Origin: Acidobacteriota bacterium
GTDB lineage: Bacteria; Acidobacteriota; UBA4820; DSQY01
DNA: 50,789 bases
Assembly (NCBI GenBank): GCA_021833665.1
Contig: JAKBES010000002.1
Location: 1-50,789 of the forward strand
Direction of reading: 5' to 3'
Shown: positions 1-8,651 of the stretch, in pieces
Position numbering within the stretch: position 1 is the first letter of the stretch
Layout: every line of letters begins with the position of its first letter
The notes under the pieces: generated by a model
What the model was told of the DNA's origin: nothing
The model's database searches: none
Seen by the model: the letters and a program-made list of their open reading frames with translations, nothing else
Position numbers and translations under genes: made by a program

Positions 1-1
1 C

Positions 2-256
2 GGGACCATTCCCCTACCCGTCTTCGCGGACAACACCCGTGCCGACAAGTCCCAGGTGTGGGGCGTGCTCGTCTCCATGAACAACGCCAACTATGGCACC
101 GGTTCCGAAGCCACCTCCTGGGCGAACAAATGCAGCGTGGACGCAAATCTGCTTGTTACCTGTGGCGTGTCCATTGTTGGCGGGGGCGGAGGCGCCAACA
201 CGGGTTCCACGGCCGGGTCCAGCACGGCCAACTACATCGTCGTTTGCAAGAGGTAG
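2..256 (+). CDS. 3' end of an upstream virion structural gene (partial; runs off the left edge)
   Basis: Frame is open from nt 2 with no stop until TAG 254-256, and the next gene starts 4 nt later. The G/S/T/N-rich tail (..VGGGGGANTGSTAGSSTANYIVVCKR) is fibre/spike-like. Function not recognised. Confidence 0.4.
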   Translation, partial: GTIPLPVFADNTRADKSQVWGVLVSMNNANYGTGSEATSWANKCSVDANLLVTCGVSIVGGGGGANTGSTAGSSTANYIVVCKR

Positions 257-259
257 GCC

Positions 260-2986
260 ATGGCCCGCAGCTTCCGTGTGGACATCACCAAGGGCATCAG
301 CGCGACCGTGAACCCGCGGTTGCTTGGCGATGGCTATGCGGTGTTCGTGGACAACGCCGACCTGTCTGGATTCTCCCCTGCCTCCTTCAGGGCCCCCGTC
401 TTCCGCCAGGATGTCCCTTCTGGGACCGTCCACATCTTCGAATACCGCGGGAAGTGGCACTTCTCAAACTCCCACCGACACTGGGCCGCGGAGTACATCG
501 GGAAGCAGGAACGCCTCTACTACACGGATTCGGGCTATGCCCCTGGCTCCGGGAAACGGGCCATGAAGGTGATTGATGGCGTGGAGGCCCTTCTGGGGAC
601 AGCGCGCCCCAAATGCGCCCTCACCGTCAGCACGGATGTCATCGCCTACCCTCCTGCGCTCTCGGTCAGCGTGACCTCTGGTGGGAGCGCCCTTCAGGAA
701 GGGTCGGTGACCTACAGGTTGGGGTACCGGACGAAGGATGGGCTCCTTCCGGCAAGCCCTGGCATCACCGTCACCATCGCCAAGGGGGACACGCCTGTCC
801 TGGCGTGGGGCGCATGCACCCTGGCCGATGTGACTTCGGTGGTCATCTACGGGCGCACCTCGGGCAAGGAACAAATCATCGAAGAGGTTGCCCCTGATGT
901 CGTCAAGTTCCTGGATGACGGGAGCCTCTCACCCTCGGGGGAGTACGCCTCCAATCTCGACCAGTCGGATGTCTTCTTCTACTTCCACACCTTCCTGCGG
1001 AACGTGAATGGGCATCTGGATGAGAGCGGACCATCCCCTCTTTCGGCCCGTGTGGATCAGGGGAAGGTCTGCAAGGTCACCCGGAATCCAAACCTGGAAG
1101 GCTTGTTCGATGGGGCGTCCCTGGTGACGGGTGCCCCGGCCTACAAGACGGTGATGAACCACACCATCGTCGGCAGCCACCTGCGCCAGGTTGGTTCCAA
1201 GCGGATCATCACCACCGAGGCCGACCACGGGCTGTCGCTTGGGGCAGAGGTGGGTATCTTCCCCGCGAACAATTTCGTGGATCCCAACCTGGCGAAACAC
1301 CTCTACAAAATCTCGACCTTCACCAGTGACCTGCCAGCGCCCACTCTGACCGCCTTCGGGCCAGGGACCACCCATGCCCCAGCCTGGGGTGCCGGTACGC
1401 TTCTGAGCGTCGTGGTGACGGCCTATCGTGGCTCTGGCTGGGGCAACCCACTCGATGCGATCCGGCCCGGCCAATCCCTGCTTGGTGTCTCCGGACCAGG
1501 CGCGCCCGCCGAATCCCTCCCATCTGCTCAGATGCAGTGGGTCACCACCGCCACTGACTCTGCTCTCCTCCAGTGGAGCTACCCCACGGGCGATGCCGAT
1601 GGATTCCTGGTGTACGTGAACGGTGTCCTTTTCGCGGATATGCCCAGTACGGTTCTGTTCCTCGACTTCTCATCCCTCGTCACAACGCTCCCGGCCAACC
1701 CTCCCCCTACCACCAATACGTCCCGGACCAGAGCCTTCTACTTTGATGAAGACCCATCCCTCACTTGGGGGGATGGGTCAACCCTGTTGCATCTGAACCC
1801 CTGGGGATGGATGGCCTCCACCGCCGAAACGAAGGTGGTGCAGGCTGCTCACGGCTTGGCTGTTGATGATCTCCTCTCCTTCTCTGGGTACACAGAGCTG
1901 AACGGGATGCATCCCGTATCGCGCATTGGTAGCCCTGACGAATTCTACGTGAAGGTGATGACGCAGTTCGATGACACCACCAGCCTCACCCGCAGCTACA
2001 AGAAGGCCAACCCAGATTTCCAGTTCGTGACCCAATGGGCCCTCTACGTGCAGCGGGGGGCCACTGGGGGCGTCGCGCTCCAGCAGGGCGTCTATCCCAT
2101 CAGCCAGACCGAAGTGGTGGACTACAAGCCCGTCCAAGGCCTCTCGGTGACCTGCGATTCGTCCTACCTCGCCAAGACCCTGGAGGGGGACGTACAGATC
2201 GAATTCGATCCGGCGCCCCTCGGCCTGCGTTGCCCCACCCTCCACAACGGAAGCCTCTGGGGCATCGTGGACAACACCGTGGTCTGGACCCCGGTGAACC
2301 GACCTGACGCATGGCCAAAGGCCCACAGCCGGACCTTCCCGTTCCCTCCCACCTCCCTGGCCTCCCTCGGACCTGCCTTGCTCGTGCTGCTTCCAAATGG
2401 TGTGGGGCGGTTCGATGGAACCGACCCCGACAATGTTTCCTTCTCGATGACGGGGGCTCGAGATGGTTGCAACGCGCCTAACAGCGTCCAGCACACGGCG
2501 GCCGGACTCGTCTACCTGAGCCCCCGCGGGCTCATGGCCTTCCAATTGGAGCTGAACACCTCGGTTCCCATCACGGATGGGAAACTGGACCCTTCGGTGT
2601 TCACTGCGGCTTCAGCCTCCAAGGAATGGCCCTGCTGGTGGATCCCCACACGCAGTTCCGCAGCGTGGGCGAAGTGCATCAATGGGTTGCCGACGGCCGA
2701 TGGGAACCAGGTTGAGCGCACCATGGCCAATAATCTCCCCATGGTGGGGATCATTGAGGACGCTCGTTCCTTCTACTGGCGCGGGAAGTACTACCTCTAC
2801 TTTACGGGACCTGCCTTCGGGAATCACGGGACGCTCATGGTGGATACCACCCGGCGCAATGAAAGCGGGTATCCCGTATTCCACTTCGGCCTGCGCCCCA
2901 CGCATGCCCACGTGACGGATCGGGATCAAGCCTTCGTTTTGCTCCAAGAGCGAGATGCGGTTGTCATCCCGCCGCCGGTTCAATGA
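260..2986 (+). CDS. large virion structural protein (tail tube/nozzle or baseplate candidate), 908 aa
   Basis: Long ORF with G/C-rich third positions and AAGAGG before the ATG. It is the first complete gene of a co-oriented block that ends in fibre and ejection-protein genes. No catalytic motif recognised; the function is positional inference only. Confidence 0.6.
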   Translation: MARSFRVDITKGISATVNPRLLGDGYAVFVDNADLSGFSPASFRAPVFRQDVPSGTVHIFEYRGKWHFSNSHRHWAAEYIGKQERLYYTDSGYAPGSGKRAMKVIDGVEALLGTARPKCALTVSTDVIAYPPALSVSVTSGGSALQEGSVTYRLGYRTKDGLLPASPGITVTIAKGDTPVLAWGACTLADVTSVVIYGRTSGKEQIIEEVAPDVVKFLDDGSLSPSGEYASNLDQSDVFFYFHTFLRNVNGHLDESGPSPLSARVDQGKVCKVTRNPNLEGLFDGASLVTGAPAYKTVMNHTIVGSHLRQVGSKRIITTEADHGLSLGAEVGIFPANNFVDPNLAKHLYKISTFTSDLPAPTLTAFGPGTTHAPAWGAGTLLSVVVTAYRGSGWGNPLDAIRPGQSLLGVSGPGAPAESLPSAQMQWVTTATDSALLQWSYPTGDADGFLVYVNGVLFADMPSTVLFLDFSSLVTTLPANPPPTTNTSRTRAFYFDEDPSLTWGDGSTLLHLNPWGWMASTAETKVVQAAHGLAVDDLLSFSGYTELNGMHPVSRIGSPDEFYVKVMTQFDDTTSLTRSYKKANPDFQFVTQWALYVQRGATGGVALQQGVYPISQTEVVDYKPVQGLSVTCDSSYLAKTLEGDVQIEFDPAPLGLRCPTLHNGSLWGIVDNTVVWTPVNRPDAWPKAHSRTFPFPPTSLASLGPALLVLLPNGVGRFDGTDPDNVSFSMTGARDGCNAPNSVQHTAAGLVYLSPRGLMAFQLELNTSVPITDGKLDPSVFTAASASKEWPCWWIPTRSSAAWAKCINGLPTADGNQVERTMANNLPMVGIIEDARSFYWRGKYYLYFTGPAFGNHGTLMVDTTRRNESGYPVFHFGLRPTHAHVTDRDQAFVLLQERDAVVIPPPVQ

Positions 2987-2998
2987 GCGGAGGGCCAC

Positions 2999-3427
2999 AT
3001 GATCAAGCTCGGGAACATCCTCAACTTGCAGGCCTGCCAGCTTTCCAAGACGAACGACACCACCAATCTTCTGGATGTGGGGCTCACCTCATCCATGAAG
3101 CTGGCGGAACTATCACCCCTGGAAGGGCAGCCCATCCCCTTCTCCATCCGCACGGGCCCCATCGGGAAGCCAGACCCAGGGCTTCTCAAGCGGTACCAGG
3201 CGGTCGAGATCAACGGAGAAGGTCGCGCCCTGGTGCTGGTCTGGATCCAGGATCGTCTCGTAGCTTCAGGAGTGCTCTTCGCGCAGGAAGCGCCCAACCG
3301 ACCGCGCCGGCTTAACATCCCGCGCGGTTTGGGCATCGGCTACGACATTGACATCTTCATCGCGCACCAGGGGAAGCTCACGGGCTACGAGGTGTTCTTC
3401 GAATTGATGGATGGGGGTGACGCTTGA
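2999..3427 (+). CDS. hypothetical virion-module protein, 142 aa
   Basis: GGAGGG lies 5 nt upstream of the ATG, and the stop overlaps the fibre gene start (TTGA). Confidence 0.55.
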   Translation: MIKLGNILNLQACQLSKTNDTTNLLDVGLTSSMKLAELSPLEGQPIPFSIRTGPIGKPDPGLLKRYQAVEINGEGRALVLVWIQDRLVASGVLFAQEAPNRPRRLNIPRGLGIGYDIDIFIAHQGKLTGYEVFFELMDGGDA

Positions 3428-5241
3428 GCCAGAGCCTCATCCCCCAATCCACGCAGCAGGTTGAACTGACGCGGATCTTCCAGGAGATCGAACGGCGTCT
3501 CCGGGGGATTGAATCGGGCAATGTGGGGCGTGCCGCAACCTCGAACCTCGCCGCCCTCGGCCGGGTTTCCCCCGCTCCTTCGGTGACCTACGTGGCCCCG
3601 AAGGGCCGGAAGTACGTGTCGAAGGTGACGCAGGACATCGGGTTCTACCAGACGGCCTTTGTGGAGGTGGAGTTCACCGAGAGCTGCGACATGATCTCCG
3701 TGAAGACGGACCACGATGCCTGGGTCCGCGTCTACTCCACCGCCGCTGCACGCCTCGCGGATCAAACGAGGCCCTACACCCAGGATCCGATCCCAGGGCA
3801 CGGGATCATGGGCGAGGTGGCCACCTACAAGCCGGACTACCTCGAGATCGAGTTCAGCCCAGTGCCCTTCTTCAACAACCAGGATGCGCCCCTGGCGAAG
3901 ACCGCCTACATCGCCGTGACCCTGATGGAGAACGGCTACTTTGGGCCCGTGTCGCTGGATTTCGCCGTGCTGCCCCAGGAGCAGACCGCGCCCAGCGGGC
4001 CCCAGGGACCAACAGGGAACCCAGGTCGGGATGGGGCTCCCGGGATCCAGGGCGTTCCGGGACCGGCTGGCAACACGGTTCTCTCTGGCGCCCGTGACCC
4101 GTTGGCGACGGACGGCGTGAATGGTGATTTCTGGTTGAACACGGCGACCAATACGATCTGGGGCCCGAAGGCCAATGCCGCATGGCCCGCATCGGGTGTG
4201 TCGCTGATCGGCCCCCAGGGGATTCAGGGGATCCAAGGGATTCAGGGTATCCAGGGTGTGCAGGGTAATCCCGGCACCCAGGGCCCCTCGGGTACCGCCA
4301 GCATCGGCACCGTCACCACGGGCGCGGCGGGCAGCGCCGCCACCGTGACCAACAGCGGGACGCCCGAAGCGGCGATCTTCAACTTCACAATCCCACAGGG
4401 AGATCCAGGAGCCCAGGGCATCCCCGGCCCGGCAGGGAGCATGGTCCGCTCCGGCACCGTGGATCCCACGGCGGCGGATGGCACCGATGGAGACTTCTGG
4501 ATCAATACGACGAGTCACTATCTCTTTGGCCCGAAGGCCGCGGGCGCATGGCCGGCGGGTGTGTCGCTGGTGGGGCCTGCGGGGAGCGGGGGCGGCGCGT
4601 CTCTGTCGCCCAATGCCCTCATCAATGGTGCGACGGCGGATCCAAGTGCGACAGGAGTGCTGGCGATCCCTTCTGGGGTTGCTCCTGGGGTTGGTGTTGC
4701 CGGAGTAATCCAACTGTTTGCAGCACCAGGTACTACGAACTTTGTCCCCAATATGACCAGTTTAACCGCGCCTTCGGGTGTAGTTAGCGCCAATGATTAT
4801 TATTCAGCGACGCCACCATGGTGCGCCTTTAATTCGGGATCATACAATGGATGGATCAATAACGGGACTGCGTTGCCCGCATGGATCAAATATCAGTTTG
4901 TATCACCCGTGGTTATCAAATCATATCAAATAACACCTTGGAGTGCAGACAACTTCCCATCCCGTTCTCCTACGGCCTGGAAACTCCAGGGGAGCAACGA
5001 TGGAACCACGTGGGTTGATCTCGATACCCAATCAGTTTCCAGCGCATCGTGGGTTATTAATACACCAACATCATTTAACACATCCAACACAACGGCTTAT
5101 TTGTATTATCGCCTATATATCACGGCAAATGGTGGTAATGGTTACACCAGTATAAGACAGTTGCAACTAATGGGTGATGGGGATTTATCACTTAAAGTCA
5201 TGTTGAGTTCAGGCCAGATCAAAACCGTGCAACTAACCTAG
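3424..5241 (+). CDS. collagen-like tail fibre with C-terminal F5/8 type C (discoidin)/galactose-binding-like domain, 605 aa
   Basis: Three G-X-Y runs are present: GPQGPTGNPGRDGAPGIQGVPGPAGN, GPQGIQGIQGIQGIQGVQGNPGTQGPSGT and GDPGAQGIPGPAGS. The module DG.DGDFW.NT...GPKA..AWP is duplicated. The C-terminus matches the discoidin pattern (AWIKYQF..IKSYQITPW..FPSRSPTAWKLQGSNDGTTWVDLD...YLYYRLYIT..GYTSIRQLQLMG). TTG start as in the ORF track; the exact start is uncertain. Confidence 0.85.
   Translation: MSQSLIPQSTQQVELTRIFQEIERRLRGIESGNVGRAATSNLAALGRVSPAPSVTYVAPKGRKYVSKVTQDIGFYQTAFVEVEFTESCDMISVKTDHDAWVRVYSTAAARLADQTRPYTQDPIPGHGIMGEVATYKPDYLEIEFSPVPFFNNQDAPLAKTAYIAVTLMENGYFGPVSLDFAVLPQEQTAPSGPQGPTGNPGRDGAPGIQGVPGPAGNTVLSGARDPLATDGVNGDFWLNTATNTIWGPKANAAWPASGVSLIGPQGIQGIQGIQGIQGVQGNPGTQGPSGTASIGTVTTGAAGSAATVTNSGTPEAAIFNFTIPQGDPGAQGIPGPAGSMVRSGTVDPTAADGTDGDFWINTTSHYLFGPKAAGAWPAGVSLVGPAGSGGGASLSPNALINGATADPSATGVLAIPSGVAPGVGVAGVIQLFAAPGTTNFVPNMTSLTAPSGVVSANDYYSATPPWCAFNSGSYNGWINNGTALPAWIKYQFVSPVVIKSYQITPWSADNFPSRSPTAWKLQGSNDGTTWVDLDTQSVSSASWVINTPTSFNTSNTTAYLYYRLYITANGGNGYTSIRQLQLMGDGDLSLKVMLSSGQIKTVQLT
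4219..4263 (+). repeat. 9-bp tandem repeat (GGN-ATY-CAR x4 plus one variant) encoding (GIQ)n
   Basis: The sequence reads ggg att cag ggg atc caa ggg att cag ggt atc cag ggt gtg cag, directly in the fibre frame. Confidence 0.9.
4700..5241 (+). other. low-GC cassette encoding the fibre tip (putative receptor-binding domain)
   Basis: Hand count of 100-nt samples gives 39% G+C at 5041-5140 and 71% at 4401-4500. The composition break is near 4700-4740, inside one continuous ORF. Confidence 0.75.
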
Positions 5242-5249
5242 GAGCCCCC

Positions 5250-6767
5250 ATGTCCACCTACCTCGCCACCTACCTCGACCTGATTCCCCTCGGGGCGAGC
5301 ATCGTCCAGATGCAGAACACGCTGGTGGGCAACCTCACGGCCAACGGCTGGCAACTGCTCGCCCAGGTGGATGGATTGGGGGGGTACTCCGACCTCATCC
5401 CGCCCGCTACGGAGCCCATCGGCACCAGCCAATTCCGGGAGGTCAGTCGGATTTACTTCCCGAACAACACCACCATCACCCTCGGCAGCTACCAGGGTTG
5501 CATCGCGGACGCCTTTCCCCAGCAGTTCCGCCTGACGGCACTCACGGGCGGGGCCGTGCAGGCGGGCGTCACCATTGGCGGGGTGACGGTGCAGGGCGCG
5601 GTCGGCAGCAGCGGCAGCACGGCGAACGACAACCTGCGCTCGCTCTACTACGCGCTGATGGACAGCGCCGATCCCACCATCACCGGCTGGACCTATACCC
5701 ACAACGGGACGGACACGCTGATTGGCACCCGCGCCACCATCGCGGCGGCTGTCGCCGTGACAGGAGCCAATGTGACCGTGGCGGTCCAGGGCATCCCGGT
5801 GCAGGCCGGGGCCCAGTCGGACTGGGCGCGGGTGGATCGGACGCACGGGTACAGCGTCACCACGGACCTGACCAACGGGTTCGTCTATTACATGGATGTT
5901 TTCTCTCGCAGCTTCTCACTCAGCACCAAGTGTCTCGCTGGGAACACGGGGCCCATCTTCGCCACGTACGCCGAGCATGCCAAGGCGCTGGCGGTGTGCC
6001 CCTCCTCGCCCTACTGCACCCCCATCGAGCTGCTGGTGGGCTCGCGCACGGCGGGGGGGATTGGTCAGGTCCACACCACGCATCTATGGGCCGTGGGCAC
6101 CCGATATGGGAATATGGCCGTGGCCAACACGGGCGTGGCCACGATGCTTTCCAACTGGAACGACACCACGGCAGAGTGGCACCCATTCTCGGGAGCTGGT
6201 GCGCCAAACGTCTTCATGGATTGCACGGGAGCCTATGCCGTAAGTAGTTATGGCTACAACCTGTTCGATCAATATGCGCTCCTCACTGGTGGGATTGTGG
6301 GGGCAGGGACCGCCTGGGATTCCGTATTCAAACTGGAAACCGTGGGACTACCCAGCTTTTCTATGGCCCGCCCGCAGCAGTCCTCGGTGCGGTTCTTCTC
6401 GCGCATCAACCTCCCGGATCTCTACCAGTGGAACGGCTCGGAACCCAACGAGACAGCGGCTATGGCGGTGGACCTGCTGGCCACGGGCACCCCGACCCTT
6501 CAGCAGGCCCTGGATGCCACCACGGCCTACACCACCTTCCTGCTGAGCGATGTCACCGGGCTCAGCCCCACAGGTGGCGGCTTCATCATTGGCAACGAGG
6601 AGTTCACCTATACCGGCCTGTCGGGCAACTCCCCCACGGGCATCACGCGAGCAGCGAACGGCACCACAGCGACCCGGCACTTCGTGGGCCATGCCGTTCG
6701 GCCCGTCACCTGGTTCCTGAAGGTGGGCGCGGCGGGCGTCTGCTGCGGCCCCACCAAGCCGGTGTAG
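5250..6767 (+). CDS. hypothetical tail-associated protein, 505 aa
   Basis: AGGAG before the ATG and native-looking codon usage. It directly follows the fibre gene. No family recognised. Confidence 0.6.
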   Translation: MSTYLATYLDLIPLGASIVQMQNTLVGNLTANGWQLLAQVDGLGGYSDLIPPATEPIGTSQFREVSRIYFPNNTTITLGSYQGCIADAFPQQFRLTALTGGAVQAGVTIGGVTVQGAVGSSGSTANDNLRSLYYALMDSADPTITGWTYTHNGTDTLIGTRATIAAAVAVTGANVTVAVQGIPVQAGAQSDWARVDRTHGYSVTTDLTNGFVYYMDVFSRSFSLSTKCLAGNTGPIFATYAEHAKALAVCPSSPYCTPIELLVGSRTAGGIGQVHTTHLWAVGTRYGNMAVANTGVATMLSNWNDTTAEWHPFSGAGAPNVFMDCTGAYAVSSYGYNLFDQYALLTGGIVGAGTAWDSVFKLETVGLPSFSMARPQQSSVRFFSRINLPDLYQWNGSEPNETAAMAVDLLATGTPTLQQALDATTAYTTFLLSDVTGLSPTGGGFIIGNEEFTYTGLSGNSPTGITRAANGTTATRHFVGHAVRPVTWFLKVGAAGVCCGPTKPV

Positions 6768-6768
6768 C

Positions 6769-7062
6769 ATGGCCACGCCCACGAAAGCTATCACCTACCT
6801 GGCCGGGATCTACTCCATGGGGCAGGTGGTTCTGCCCACGGAACCGCCACCCGTCCTGGTGGGTCTGATTGCGTCGCGGGCCCAGGTCGCACCCCCCCTT
6901 TGGCGGCCCATCGCCTATGTCCAGGCCCAGCCCCGCGCGGGCCGCGTCCTGGTAGCCGTGGCCACGCACATGCAGGCCTTCTCGGCGGTGAAGATGACGG
7001 TGTTCTGGCGGGATGCGTCTGGCCGCCCCAAGCGCGGGCAACTCTGGCCGAGAACCAGATAG
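6769..7062 (+). CDS. hypothetical protein, 97 aa
   Basis: The ATG is 1 nt after the previous stop, and the gene is co-oriented with the virion block. Confidence 0.45.
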   Translation: MATPTKAITYLAGIYSMGQVVLPTEPPPVLVGLIASRAQVAPPLWRPIAYVQAQPRAGRVLVAVATHMQAFSAVKMTVFWRDASGRPKRGQLWPRTR

Positions 7063-7071
7063 CCCCTAGCC

Positions 7072-7106
7072 ATCCTTGTGCCTATGCCTAAAATAGCCAC
7101 AAGGAT
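7072..7106. repeat. perfect 9-bp inverted repeat (ATCCTTGTG / CACAAGGAT) with a 17-nt loop
   Basis: Read directly in the AT-richer 81-nt gap between the tail genes and the acetyltransferase gene. No T-run follows, so it is not a canonical terminator. Confidence 0.6.
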
Positions 7107-7143
7107 ATACTTCGTTCCGTGAAGTGAATCCAGGGCGGACACG

Positions 7144-7857
7144 ATGCTCAGACTGGCGAACCGCGAAGACATTCCCGAGATCAACCGCGTGTTGAACCAC
7201 GAGGAAGTCTACCGGTGGGCGACCATGGGGAAAGACTTGGGCATCCTCGACATCTCCCCTGCTTTCGAGCGCGTGTTCGTCCTGCTGGAGCCCAGCGGCG
7301 GCGGTTGCATCATCCTGGATCCTTTCTCGGAAGGCACCTTCGAGGTGCACACCTGCATCCTTGGTGCCTTTCGGGGCAAGGCCTCTGAGGCGATCGTCCA
7401 GGACACCCTTCGGTTCGTGTTCGCCGAGACGGGGTGCATGGAGATCCTGACGAAGGTTCCCATCGAGAACAAGGCCGCGGACCTCTTCACGCGGCAAGTG
7501 GGATTCATCCGGGTGGCCGATGCCTCCCAGCTTCGGAGCTACCAGCTCTCCATCGAGCGGTGGCCCTACCTCGACACCACCCTGGACCAGTTCTGCCCGC
7601 CGGAACTGGCCGTCCTCGCCATGGACGACTACCAGAGGCGCCTCTTCGGCGCCCTGATGCTCGTCTCCAGCAAGGGGTTCATGGGCAAGGCGGTTTCGGT
7701 CTACAACAAGCATGCGCGCCTCCAGGGCTACCTGCCCGTCGAGGTGTGCGGCATGGATAGCCTCACGGTCGGAGGCCTCGCTATCCACTTCGGGGAAGAC
7801 GGTTCTTTCCGAGTGGAGGATGTATGCCAGCCGCAGCCGCCGGAGCAGGCGTCCTAA
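7144..7857 (+). CDS. GNAT-family (RimJ/RimL-like) N-acetyltransferase domain protein, 237 aa
   Basis: The N-terminal ~135 aa fit the GNAT pattern: MLRLANREDIPEI.., the acetyl-CoA motif region ILGAFRGKASEAIVQDTLRFVF, and ..ILTKVPIENKAADLFTRQVGF. The C-terminal ~100 aa are unrecognised. Confidence 0.55.
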   Translation: MLRLANREDIPEINRVLNHEEVYRWATMGKDLGILDISPAFERVFVLLEPSGGGCIILDPFSEGTFEVHTCILGAFRGKASEAIVQDTLRFVFAETGCMEILTKVPIENKAADLFTRQVGFIRVADASQLRSYQLSIERWPYLDTTLDQFCPPELAVLAMDDYQRRLFGALMLVSSKGFMGKAVSVYNKHARLQGYLPVEVCGMDSLTVGGLAIHFGEDGSFRVEDVCQPQPPEQAS

Positions 7858-8642
7858 TCAGCGCGTGGTCTGCCAACAACGCCGCGAAGGGCCAGCAGAG
7901 GGCCCTCGACCTGCAGCAGAGCGCCTTGGCTTCAGACCAGGCTTTCCGCCAGCAGCAGTACGCCGACTACCAGCGGATGTACGGACCGCTGGAGCAGCAG
8001 CTCATCCAGCAGGCCAGTTCCGAGCAGCCCCTGAACCTGGGCCCGAACTGGGCCAGGATCCAGTCCAATTTCGACCAGGCCGGCCGGAACAACACGGTCA
8101 ACCTGTCGCGGAATGGCATGCTGGGGTCCGGCCTCGACACCCACAACAACCTGGAGAACGCGCGCGCCTACACCTTGAGCGATGCCTTCTCGAAGGGGCT
8201 CCAGGCTCGGGATGCCCTGCGCCAGTCCGTGCTGGCCATGGGCAAGCAGATGCCGCAGCAGGCCGGGTTCGCCTCGCAGGGGAACCTGAATATGGCGGGG
8301 CTCTACGGGCAGCAGGCGGGCCTCTACGGGAACCTTGCGGCGGGCGCCGGGCAGGGTCTGTCCTCCAGCTTGGGCGCTCTCGGCTATGCGCTGGGGAACC
8401 AGGCTCCCACCCCGACGGTGGATGCAAGAACGGTGGGCGGAATGGACTGGTCCTCGCTTTCGCCCATCGGGGCCGGCAGCACGACCATTGACCCCAGCCT
8501 GCTTGGTGGACCGACGCCTGTTCCTTCTGCGTCCCCCCTCTTCGCCTCGAACCTGAACCAGATCCCGTCAGGCCCAGTGTCCTCCGGGAACTACACCAGC
8601 TTCCTCGGGAACAGCCCCCTCGCTGGCCCCAGCGACACGTAG
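7824..8642 (+). CDS. Gln-rich internal-virion/ejection protein candidate, 272 aa
   Basis: GGAGGA 4 nt before the ATG. The protein has an N-terminal hydrophobic stretch followed by Q/A/L-rich sequence. It lies directly upstream of the giant ORF, as the internal-core genes do in T7-like phages. Confidence 0.5.
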   Translation: MPAAAAGAGVLISAWSANNAAKGQQRALDLQQSALASDQAFRQQQYADYQRMYGPLEQQLIQQASSEQPLNLGPNWARIQSNFDQAGRNNTVNLSRNGMLGSGLDTHNNLENARAYTLSDAFSKGLQARDALRQSVLAMGKQMPQQAGFASQGNLNMAGLYGQQAGLYGNLAAGAGQGLSSSLGALGYALGNQAPTPTVDARTVGGMDWSSLSPIGAGSTTIDPSLLGGPTPVPSASPLFASNLNQIPSGPVSSGNYTSFLGNSPLAGPSDT

Positions 8643-8651
8643 GAGATCGCC

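Noticed and set aside
3424-6767. Diversity-generating retroelement acting on the fibre or tail proteins, or a retron
   Set aside because: No reverse-transcriptase ORF (no YxDD-type motif) and no template/variable repeat pair was seen. The fibre tip is discoidin-like rather than a C-type-lectin Mtd fold.
7084-7090. Extra copies of the (G/A)TGCCTA heptamer (7084, 45066) as additional repressor operators
   Set aside because: A 7-mer of this composition is expected several times by chance in 100 kb of two-strand sequence. Only the clustered copies at the 44.2-kb promoter are retained.
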